Sequence record: OM728297.1
DNA: 64,000 bases
Direction: 5' to 3' (one strand)
Under the pieces are notes generated by a model, which had not been told where the DNA came from, ran no database searches, and worked only from the letters and a program-made list of their open reading frames with translations. Positions 55,707 to 63,690 of the stretch are shown here, piece after piece (the stretch's first letter is position 1; every line of letters starts with the position of its first letter). Made by a program: the position numbers and the translations under genes.

Positions 55707-55961
55707 TTATCTAGTATTTACTTTATTAGCCTTTAGTTTAATTAATTTTAATTTTCCGTCTGAAAATTCAACAGTCATCTTATCAGTTTCACCATTACTG
55801 TTGACTTTAATAATATTTTTAATACTATATCCATAAGTAGTAGCATTACTTACTTCATTAATTACCTCTTCCTCTGATTTTGCTTGGTTGAAGTATATTT
55901 CATCATTTTCATCTTTACTAATTACTATAAAGCTATTCTTTTCAATTTTTTCTTTATTCAT
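55707..55961 (-). CDS. Hypothetical protein
   Basis: Packed cluster. Confidence 0.65.
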   Translation of the reverse strand: MNKEKIEKNSFIVISKDENDEIYFNQAKSEEEVINEVSNATTYGYSIKNIIKVNSNGETDKMTVEFSDGKLKLIKLKANKVNTR

Positions 55962-55988
55962 TTTATCTTCATCCTTTGATAAATTATT

Positions 55989-56369
55989 TTAATTACTCTC
56001 AGATCCAAATTTCTTTTTTAGTTCTTCATATCTTTTTCTATCTGCTTCTTCTTTTCTTCTTAGATGATCTTTTCTAACTTGCTCTTGCTTTCTCTTAACT
56101 TCTTTATCATACTCTTCCCAATCTTTTTCAGTAATAATTCCTCTCTTATTAAGTTCATCTCTAACATATTTGTCATTATATAGACTATATTGTGCTTGTA
56201 TTTTTGGATATACTCTAATTTCAGTGTCCCCAAATTCATCAGTCTTTTGCTGAATCAAACAAACTCCACCATCTTTAGTAGAAATAGTAGTATAGTCAGC
56301 AAATTGATTTGCTGAAACAAAGCCAATTACTTTTCCTTCTAAATCATTAGTATCATCGATAAAATACAT
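55989..56369 (-). CDS. Hypothetical protein
   Basis: SD GGAGG; C-terminal coiled coil. Confidence 0.7.
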   Translation of the reverse strand: MYFIDDTNDLEGKVIGFVSANQFADYTTISTKDGGVCLIQQKTDEFGDTEIRVYPKIQAQYSLYNDKYVRDELNKRGIITEKDWEEYDKEVKRKQEQVRKDHLRRKEEADRKRYEELKKKFGSESN

Positions 56370-56373
56370 ACTA

Positions 56374-56649
56374 TTACACCTCCTTATTTTTACGTCTATC
56401 TAATTTAAAGACATCATTTAGATAAAGGGCAAGCCAGTCTAATTCCAATTCTGTTTTCCCTCTTCCATTTTTAATACTTTTACGAATTGCATTATTTACA
56501 TCTGAAATTCCTTTATTTTTTCTGAATAAATATTTTCCTTCAATAGCTTGTTCTAAATCTTCTTTATTTTTAATATTTCCAAAGAAAAATTGACCTGCAA
56601 GATCTTTTAAATTATATACTTTTTTCATTATTAGTCTCCTAACATTCAC
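56374..56649 (-). CDS. Hypothetical protein
   Basis: Likely start at internal ATG after GGAG. Confidence 0.6.
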   Translation of the reverse strand: MNVRRLIMKKVYNLKDLAGQFFFGNIKNKEDLEQAIEGKYLFRKNKGISDVNNAIRKSIKNGRGKTELELDWLALYLNDVFKLDRRKNKEV

Positions 56650-56905
56650 TACATTTTTTACATACTCTATAATAATAAAATTTGCCTAAATCAGTTCCTA
56701 CCCAATATTGACAACTATTTCCCTTTTGTATCATCTCATTACAGAATTCACATATAAAATTTTTTCTTGATTCTCTAACTTGTCTAATTTTCATGAATGG
56801 AGGATAGGTGGGGATTCTTCCTAACCTCTCATCATTATTATAAAATTCACTCATTATTTTTGAATAGATTAATAAAATTCCAAATATCCCCATAAGAAAT
56901 ATCAT
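56639..56905 (-). CDS. Small protein with N-terminal hydrophobic segment and C-terminal Zn finger
   Basis: CEFC...CKKC; start uncertain, overlaps neighbour. Confidence 0.55.
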   Translation of the reverse strand: MIFLMGIFGILLIYSKIMSEFYNNDERLGRIPTYPPFMKIRQVRESRKNFICEFCNEMIQKGNSCQYWVGTDLGKFYYYRVCKKCSEC

Positions 56906-57317
56906 TTAATATTTCAAATTCACCAGTCCAATTACCTCTTTCTTTTAAAACAATGGTATCTGGAATATTTAATGCTTTAATATTGTTAAGAAGTTTATTT
57001 AGAGCCTCAATTTGTTTTGAAGATAATTTTTTCAAAATATACTCTTTCTGTAATTGTGTATATTTTTCACCCTTTAATTCTTCATAAGTATAATAAAATT
57101 CTTGTCGAAACTCTATATCATTAGCATCATTTCGAAACCAAATTTGTTTTTTATTTTCATCTATATCAATAATACCTCTAACGCCTTCATTATAAATAAT
57201 ATTTACTTTTCTATGATAATCAAGTTCAGCCATTGCTTCAGCATTATTCAATATTTTCCAGTATAACTCAATAAACATATTCATTTCTTCATCAGAAATT
57301 CTTTCTATTTTACGCAT
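56847..57317 (-). CDS. Hypothetical protein
   Basis: SD GAGG. Confidence 0.65.
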   Translation of the reverse strand: MRKIERISDEEMNMFIELYWKILNNAEAMAELDYHRKVNIIYNEGVRGIIDIDENKKQIWFRNDANDIEFRQEFYYTYEELKGEKYTQLQKEYILKKLSSKQIEALNKLLNNIKALNIPDTIVLKERGNWTGEFEILNDISYGDIWNFINLFKNNE

Positions 57318-57810
57318 CTTTAACCACCTCTTTTTTCATAGTTATATACCAATAATTATATTTATTATCAAACTCAATATTTGTATACGGATTATTATTA
57401 AAATAAGATACAATCATATGAATTAAATCATTTCCATAATCATTAAAACTCTTATTCTTATCAATGATATATTTATATACTTTGCGACTTACTTTGTTTT
57501 TCTTTCTCCAGAAATCAAATCTAAAGAATTCATCTAAAGATATATCAGCATTAGATTCAGATATTGCTAATTCAACACCTTGTGATGGATATTTTACTAA
57601 TGCATTTTCAATATAGGATATTACTTCATTGACTGCAAGCTTATAATACTTGTGTTTATTTTTATTATATCTTTTTCTTTCAAAAGCCTGAAACTTCTTA
57701 TAGACGAAGTTACAAGGCTTTTCAATGAGAAATAAAAGTATACTATAGTACAACTTTTTATATTTTTTCTTTCTTTTTTCTTTATTGATTCTTTTTGGTA
57801 TGTGACTCAA
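57310..57810 (-). CDS. Basic hypothetical protein
   Basis: SD GGGG; TTG start. Confidence 0.65.
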   Translation of the reverse strand: MSHIPKRINKEKRKKKYKKLYYSILLFLIEKPCNFVYKKFQAFERKRYNKNKHKYYKLAVNEVISYIENALVKYPSQGVELAISESNADISLDEFFRFDFWRKKNKVSRKVYKYIIDKNKSFNDYGNDLIHMIVSYFNNNPYTNIEFDNKYNYWYITMKKEVVKDA

Positions 57811-57822
57811 TTAAATTCCCCC

Positions 57823-60558
57823 CTAGTACTTATAAATAATTCCTTTATTTTGCATGAACTCTTCATTATCTGTGTCTATATTATGACCATTTAATAAAAT
57901 TAGATCAACTGGACTAGAATCAAATTCATTATTATGACTGATCACAAATACTTGCTCGATACCTAATTCTTGAATTTGAGACTCAAGCAATGATGTATAT
58001 AGTCTTCTATTTCTTGCAGATAACGTACTATCAACCTCATCTAAATAAAGAATATTATACTTAGTTGATTCCATCATTCTTTCTATCATTCCTAGTGATA
58101 GAGAGATAATTGTTAATGATGTTTCCCCTTGAGAAGCTTCTTTAATATCTTCTAGAGAAGTGCCATCAGATTTAAAAACATTGATAAAGAAATCAGATGC
58201 ACTTATATCAAATTTAATCTTAAATTGATCACCATATGCAATATCTAATAAGTTATTAGCTCTCATTGCTATATCTTTAAGATAGTTATCGATAAAGAAT
58301 AATGGAATTCCTTTCTTTGGATCAAGTGCTTCTTTAATAATTTTATAATTATTATAATTTTCCTCAATTTCTTTTAATCTTTCAGTGCAATCATCAATAA
58401 TAATTAAGTCTCTTTGAACTTCTTTTAATTTAATTTCTAACGGTTCAAGTTCAGATCTTTTGCTTCTTAATAGAAGAAGATTATCATTAATGATTTTCTC
58501 ATTTGCTTTAATAGAATTATAGATGTTTAGTTTCTTTTGGTAGTCTGCTTCTTTTTTATTTAATTCATTAGTATTATTCTCAATAATACTTTTTTGATTT
58601 TTAATAGTTTCTAAAATTGCTAATTTTGTTTTATTATTTTTAATTTTCTTGTCTGTTGATTTTTTACTAGAAATTAGAGTATCAATTTCACTCTTAAACT
58701 GAAGATACTTTTCCTTAATTTCCAATAATTCCTTTTTAGCCTGTTCAACAATTTCATTTTGCTTTTGTGCTGTTTTAAGATGAGATAATAAATTTTCTTT
58801 TTTATCTTTTTCAATTATAATATCCACTTTTACACTAGCTATTTCAATAATATCCTTAATTGAAAACTTTTCTTGGATGTCACTAATACTACTTTTTAGA
58901 ATATCAATTATATTTTCTTCTGTTATAGCGTTATCATAAATCAATGAAATTGCTTCTTTATTAGAACTGATTTTCTTGTTCAATCTCATAATATCTTGAG
59001 CATAATTCCATCTATTTCTTAATTCTTCAAGATTTTTCTGATCTTCAATAATGCTATTTTCAATATCTATTAATTCACTAAGTAAGGGTTCTAACCTAGA
59101 ATAATCATTATTTCTATAATCTAAAGCTTTAACAATAAAAGGACATGTATCAATTATACAATTACTTGGTCTTTTCTCAAGTGTTTCAAGTAAATAAGAA
59201 TTTGACTCAATCTTATTAGTCTCTTTTTCAATAGTATTTTTTCTATTTAGATCAACTTGTAATTTTTCATCAAGTCTCTTAATCTCATTAGGTATAGTAA
59301 TTATTTCAGAAACATTAAATGATTCAATGATATGGCTAGTATGATCAGACTTAATTGATTCAATTGTTTCAACAATTCCATCTAAGATATATTGATATTG
59401 TGTTGCCATTTGAACTGTTATATCTAGATCTGAATAAGGACTATTTAAAATTTTCTTTTCATACTGTTCAATTAATGAATCTTTATTCTTTATTTGTTCC
59501 TCTATATAGTCAGTATCAGCTTTATTTTCAATAATACTATTTTTAGAAGTGATTTCGTTTCCTAGACGAACAATATCTTTTTCAAGATTATCAATCTGAC
59601 TATTGATTAAATTTAATTCTCCATTTAGTTCAACTTCTAACTTATTACATTCCATAATTGAATTATTAATTCTATCAATCTCATAATTTTTAAGGTTTGG
59701 ATATTTGTCATAATAAGTATCCAAAATCTTTTCACCTTTTATAATTTCTACTTGCATCTGTTTAATAGTATTGCTTAGATGGTTAATATAATGATCATAA
59801 TCATCAAAGCCCTCAGTATCTAGAATTACTTTTAATTCGTCTATCTTTCCCTCAGTTCGGTTAATATTCTTATCAATATTCTCAATCTCTTTATTTAATT
59901 CATTAATTCTTTTGGTCAATGTTTCATTTAATTTTTCCAAGTTATCCTTGGAATCTAATTTTTCTAATTGACTTCTAATGCTTTTAATAGTACTTGTAAC
60001 ATTCTTAAATTTTTCATTGACTATCTCAAATGCTTCTAAATAATCATCAATATCTGGAAGAAAATTGTTTATATATTTCTTCCTATCAGCAGTTTTTAAA
60101 TCTACAAATGTAGTTACATTACTCCCAAGTCTTGCTACTCTAAAATAATCCCTTGTTAGATTAAATTCTTCTTGAAGAATTTTTTCAAATGTTCTAATAC
60201 CGCCATTTTCATTCAGTTCTTCACCATTCTTTGAAATAAATGATTTATTACCACTACTATTAAATTTACCATCTACCACTTTTGCATAGTAATGTCTAAT
60301 AATGTAGTTATCTTTTTCACTAGAGAGATGAATTTCTTTTTCACCTTTCTTGCCATCAAGAATGATAGATTTTCTCTCATCATTAGTATCTCTATAAGGA
60401 GTTAATAAACTTAAAATAGTCGTTTTACCAGAACCATTATCACCGATTAAAGCAATAATTTTATTAGTAGATTTTGAGAAATCAAGCTCTAGTTCTGTTT
60501 TACCTAATCCAGCATAAATTCCAGCAAAGTTAACAAATCTTGCATAAGTGATTTTCAT
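57823..60558 (-). CDS. sbcC: SbcC/Rad50-like SMC ATPase
   Basis: GDNGSGKT, long coiled coils, central CIIDTC, SQGE signature, LYLDE, ISH. Confidence 0.9.
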   Translation of the reverse strand: MKITYARFVNFAGIYAGLGKTELELDFSKSTNKIIALIGDNGSGKTTILSLLTPYRDTNDERKSIILDGKKGEKEIHLSSEKDNYIIRHYYAKVVDGKFNSSGNKSFISKNGEELNENGGIRTFEKILQEEFNLTRDYFRVARLGSNVTTFVDLKTADRKKYINNFLPDIDDYLEAFEIVNEKFKNVTSTIKSIRSQLEKLDSKDNLEKLNETLTKRINELNKEIENIDKNINRTEGKIDELKVILDTEGFDDYDHYINHLSNTIKQMQVEIIKGEKILDTYYDKYPNLKNYEIDRINNSIMECNKLEVELNGELNLINSQIDNLEKDIVRLGNEITSKNSIIENKADTDYIEEQIKNKDSLIEQYEKKILNSPYSDLDITVQMATQYQYILDGIVETIESIKSDHTSHIIESFNVSEIITIPNEIKRLDEKLQVDLNRKNTIEKETNKIESNSYLLETLEKRPSNCIIDTCPFIVKALDYRNNDYSRLEPLLSELIDIENSIIEDQKNLEELRNRWNYAQDIMRLNKKISSNKEAISLIYDNAITEENIIDILKSSISDIQEKFSIKDIIEIASVKVDIIIEKDKKENLLSHLKTAQKQNEIVEQAKKELLEIKEKYLQFKSEIDTLISSKKSTDKKIKNNKTKLAILETIKNQKSIIENNTNELNKKEADYQKKLNIYNSIKANEKIINDNLLLLRSKRSELEPLEIKLKEVQRDLIIIDDCTERLKEIEENYNNYKIIKEALDPKKGIPLFFIDNYLKDIAMRANNLLDIAYGDQFKIKFDISASDFFINVFKSDGTSLEDIKEASQGETSLTIISLSLGMIERMMESTKYNILYLDEVDSTLSARNRRLYTSLLESQIQELGIEQVFVISHNNEFDSSPVDLILLNGHNIDTDNEEFMQNKGIIYKY

Positions 60559-60581
60559 TCTCTCAACTCTCCCATATGTCT

Positions 60582-61013
60582 CTATTTAAGCTCTTCTCTA
60601 ACTTTCATGAGAATCTTACCTAATTTATTTTGTCCTTTCCCATTGCATACTCCCCAAGTTGTATCATTCCATGTATTTCCTTCAATTAATTCAAGATTTC
60701 CTGTAGCAATTAATTTTCTTTTGAGTCCTTCATTTTGTGAGAATTTAGCATAAACAATTCTATACATAATATCCTCTTTAATATTCTCCCAATCTGGTCT
60801 TAGACGAACACTACGACCTTTTCTTTTGGCTAGATTTGGAGGAAGAATTGTAAATTGTTTACGAATAAAGCTTGAAGTAACCTTCATAGCTTGAAAGGCG
60901 GCTTCGTTATTATTAAACTCTAAGTCAGCAAATTTTACTTTTGCAGGATAAAAATTACTTAAAAAATAATATTTACCTGAAAAACTATCAATCTTATTCA
61001 TCAACATCCCCAC
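60582..61013 (-). CDS. NADAR (YbiA-like) family protein
   Basis: FLSNFYP, EAAFQAMK, AKRKGR....RPDWE, KF.QN..L...L..TG...LIEGN.W.D..WG, G.N.LGKILM.VR. Confidence 0.92.
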   Translation of the reverse strand: MGMLMNKIDSFSGKYYFLSNFYPAKVKFADLEFNNNEAAFQAMKVTSSFIRKQFTILPPNLAKRKGRSVRLRPDWENIKEDIMYRIVYAKFSQNEGLKRKLIATGNLELIEGNTWNDTTWGVCNGKGQNKLGKILMKVREELK

Positions 61014-61079
61014 CTTAGTTTAATATTCTTCATTTTCATGTTTTTAAATAATTTTTTTAGTTACAAGAATATAAATTAT

Positions 61080-61223
61080 TTAGTATATATCTGCTTGATT
61101 ATATTCTTCAAAATTATCACATTCTTCACATTGTATTACAAGTAATGAACCAGATTCATCATCGTCTACTATAAAACTAATATTGTTTGATCCACATTCA
61201 TCACATCTAATAGTAAAACTCAT
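61080..61223 (-). CDS. Small acidic Zn-ribbon protein (47 aa, not in ORF track)
   Basis: SD GGAG; CDEC...CEEC. Confidence 0.7.
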   Translation of the reverse strand: MSFTIRCDECGSNNISFIVDDDESGSLLVIQCEECDNFEEYNQADIY

Positions 61224-61264
61224 TTAAATCACTCCATTTTTTCTTTTATTTTATTAACTTATTT

Positions 61265-61273
61265 ATAATATAT
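61265..61273 (-). promoter_or_regulatory. Early-type promoter motif ATATATTAT
   Basis: Heads the Zn-ribbon/NADAR/sbcC operon. Confidence 0.65.
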
Positions 61274-61371
61274 TCTTTAATCTTTTTTTATTTTTAGAGA
61301 ATTAATTATAATAAAACAAAATTATAATAAAATAAACCCCTCAATAAAAGCAGAACAATATTGTTTAATTA

Positions 61372-61404
61372 AACCAAGGATATCAAATAATGATATCCTT
61401 GGTT
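61372..61404 (-). terminator. Hairpin terminator
   Basis: 14-bp perfect IR downstream of 61408..62094. Confidence 0.7.
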
Positions 61405-61407
61405 ATT

Positions 61408-62094
61408 TTATTCTTCATCTTCAGTAAATTCTACTACATCATAAATTTTTCCATTTTCATCTCTTGCAATGTATTCCCCATTTTCTTCAATAATTTCTAT
61501 TTGTAGATCCGGTATTTCAGCATCTTCTATAATATTGTAACTACTGTCTAAACAATAGATATTCTTGTCAATATCTACTACATACTGATGCTCATTTACT
61601 TCCTCTATTTGTGTATCTTCTTTTTCAGAATTATTCTCATTTTGTTCTTCTTTTAATCTTGCTTCTAACAATGCATCTATATCTTCTTCATCATTTTTCT
61701 GTGAACCACCAGAAATTTCAGACTCTTTTTTATTTATAATTTCACTAAATTTTTTATCTTTTTTATTATTAAGAATATAATCATGAACACCAGCAACAAT
61801 TTCTCTAATATCAGAGTTATCGCCACCCTCTTGATTTCTTTGATTTTTAAGTGCAATATCAGCTTCAGTTTTCTTAGCATTTACGATTTGCTGAATAATA
61901 GATATCTTACCAGTTTTAAGTGAAATTAAATTAGAGGTTTGTTTTTCTATAAATGTAAGAGTTCCATTACTGCCACTATTTTTAACTTTATCATAATGCT
62001 CTTTTGTTTCATCATATAATTCATCGATTTTTTCTAATTCATTCTGAAGAATACTTAATTCTTTAGAAATATCGATATTAATATTATCAGCCAT
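61408..62094 (-). CDS. Acidic coiled-coil hypothetical protein
   Basis: SD GGAG; late promoter. Confidence 0.7.
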   Translation of the reverse strand: MADNINIDISKELSILQNELEKIDELYDETKEHYDKVKNSGSNGTLTFIEKQTSNLISLKTGKISIIQQIVNAKKTEADIALKNQRNQEGGDNSDIREIVAGVHDYILNNKKDKKFSEIINKKESEISGGSQKNDEEDIDALLEARLKEEQNENNSEKEDTQIEEVNEHQYVVDIDKNIYCLDSSYNIIEDAEIPDLQIEIIEENGEYIARDENGKIYDVVEFTEDEE

Positions 62095-62122
62095 TTTCTA
62101 TCACTCCTATAATATTTAATAC

Positions 62123-62134
62123 TAATATAATGTT
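62123..62134 (-). promoter_or_regulatory. Late-type promoter AACA-N6-TA
   Basis: AACAttatatTA. Confidence 0.65.
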
Positions 62135-62157
62135 CCGTATCAAAAAGATTTTCAAGT

Positions 62158-62166
62158 ATATATTAT
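62158..62166 (+). promoter_or_regulatory. Early-type promoter motif ATATATTAT
   Basis: Directly precedes structured non-coding region. Confidence 0.65.
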
Positions 62167-62487
62167 TACTGTGACGATATCGAAGTAATAGAATTTCGTC
62201 ATAATTCCTACGGTATCATTGTAGGGTAATTTTCTTAGATATTGTTCATTTACACGGACTCAAACATGTGCCCGTAGCTGTAACAATAAGAAACACAAAA
62301 ACTAGTAATAAATAAGGTAATAAAAGAATGGTTGGAAAGACAAAAATATTCATCAGGCTACATACCACGAAAAGTGTATTGAACGAATGACAATACCCAC
62401 CTAGTGATTATAGCAAGATCTTTCACCATTCTCCGTATCCTTATAAAGAGAAAAAGGATTTTTTTAAAATGGAGAGGAGAATACGCT

Positions 62488-62568
62488 ATGACAAACACAG
62501 TTGAGAAAAATGATTGTCTGGGAAAATTCCCTATTGATGCAGTAAGAATTAGAAGTTCTATTATTTAA
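62488..62568 (+). CDS. 26-aa small ORF MTNTVEKNDCLGKFPIDAVRIRSSII
   Basis: SD GAGGAG ~8 nt upstream; lies inside the structured transcript. Confidence 0.4.
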   Translation: MTNTVEKNDCLGKFPIDAVRIRSSII

Positions 62569-62590
62569 ACATATACGACGACTACTTTTA

Positions 62591-62628
62591 CTATGGGTGG
62601 GGGCAACCCCACCCATAGGGCTTTTTTT
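62591..62628 (+). terminator. Strong intrinsic terminator
   Basis: ctatgggtgggg-GCAA-ccccacccatag then ggc and T7. Confidence 0.85.
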
Positions 62629-62677
62629 GGTCAATGTATAACGATTTCGTCAAAATACTTAATGGGGAGGTTTTTGA

Positions 62678-63451
62678 TTGAATTGGTTTAAAAGAATGTT
62701 TATGGCAAAGGAGAAGGATAAGGAAATTGATTCACTAAGAAGGATGGTTGAACAGAGTAATGAAACTATTAAACTCATGGATGGTGTCATAAAAAGATTA
62801 GAGGATAATATGACTAAATCCAGACAAGAATCAGCAGCAACTCTTCAGGAAGAAAAAGAATATCAAGATCAAATGAAATTGGAATCAGAAAGGATGCGGG
62901 AATATGAATATATTCAAAATGCTCAAAAAGTTGTTTCTACTTATTTAACTAAATATCTAGATCGTTTTAATCTAATTGAAAATCGTTTTTCACTTGCTCA
63001 TAATATAGATCTTCTTTCTAATTCTGATGACTTAATGTTTAAAATTGTACAAATGATTAAATTGTCTAAGACCAGTGTTGAATTTGCTACTGTTTGGAAC
63101 AATCATGTTATAAGAATTAGTATTGATAATGATGAAGATGATGTATATTATAGTATTAATGGTGGAAAAAATCTAAGTTCCGACATTGTAGGAACCAAAT
63201 TTCTTACTAAATTTAAGAAGGACATCCAATTAGATATATTAAATTTTCCATGTGTTCAGACAAATAAGATTTACGAAGTAACTGGTAAGAAGTACAAGTA
63301 TGTCTTAGCTAACTCAAGAAGAGAATGTTATTATATACTTAAAGATAAAGAGATGAAAACAAAAATAAAAGAAGTTAGTTTTGTTGAACCAAGTGCATAT
63401 ACACGTTCTATTAGATCTAGATTAGTATATGTAGTGCCTCATCAAACTTAA
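62678..63451 (+). CDS. Hypothetical protein with N-terminal coiled coil
   Basis: TTG start, SD GGGAGG. Confidence 0.75.
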   Translation: MNWFKRMFMAKEKDKEIDSLRRMVEQSNETIKLMDGVIKRLEDNMTKSRQESAATLQEEKEYQDQMKLESERMREYEYIQNAQKVVSTYLTKYLDRFNLIENRFSLAHNIDLLSNSDDLMFKIVQMIKLSKTSVEFATVWNNHVIRISIDNDEDDVYYSINGGKNLSSDIVGTKFLTKFKKDIQLDILNFPCVQTNKIYEVTGKKYKYVLANSRRECYYILKDKEMKTKIKEVSFVEPSAYTRSIRSRLVYVVPHQT

Positions 63452-63458
63452 TGCTTAT

Positions 63459-63499
63459 AAGAGTAAAGTCTTTTATAGACTTTACTCTTTTTTTTTTTG
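63459..63499. terminator. Bidirectional hairpin terminator
   Basis: 13-bp IR plus long T-tract. Confidence 0.75.
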
Positions 63500-63679
63500 T
63501 TAATAACGTTTGATATCTAATAATAAGTATTGATTATTTTTATAAAGAAAATTTGAATATTGTTTTACTTTAAAACCAAATCTTTGTAATAGCCAGCAAG
63601 GGAAAGAAATAATAAACATTAACAAAATTAGTATAATTAACAATAGTCCTTCCAATAAATTTATCTTAAAACCCCACAT
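63500..63679 (-). CDS. Small membrane protein (59 aa, not in ORF track)
   Basis: SD GGAGG; LLEGLLLIILILLMFIISF TM segment. Confidence 0.65.
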   Translation of the reverse strand: MWGFKINLLEGLLLIILILLMFIISFPCWLLQRFGFKVKQYSNFLYKNNQYLLLDIKRY

Positions 63680-63690
63680 AGAAATCCTCC

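Larger units (their letters stand above)
62170..62628 (+). ncRNA. Putative large structured RNA or regulatory leader
   Basis: Promoter motif, several nested helices, no long ORF, ends in 12-bp GCAA-capped hairpin plus T7. Confidence 0.6.

Noticed and set aside
61354-61365. Perfect palindrome AACAATATTGTT as a bidirectional late promoter
   Set aside because: It gives AACA-N6-TT on both strands, not TA/TG, and no suitably placed gene start follows.
62350-62356. CUGAUGA hammerhead core on the minus strand of the structured region
   Set aside because: No stem II followed by GAAA in the required order.
62170-62628. tmRNA, RNase P, T-box or tRNA identity for the structured RNA
   Set aside because: No tRNA-like ends or TPsiC arm, no GAGGAAAGUCC, no T-box bulge consensus; the small ORF has its own SD and ATG and no tag-like ending.
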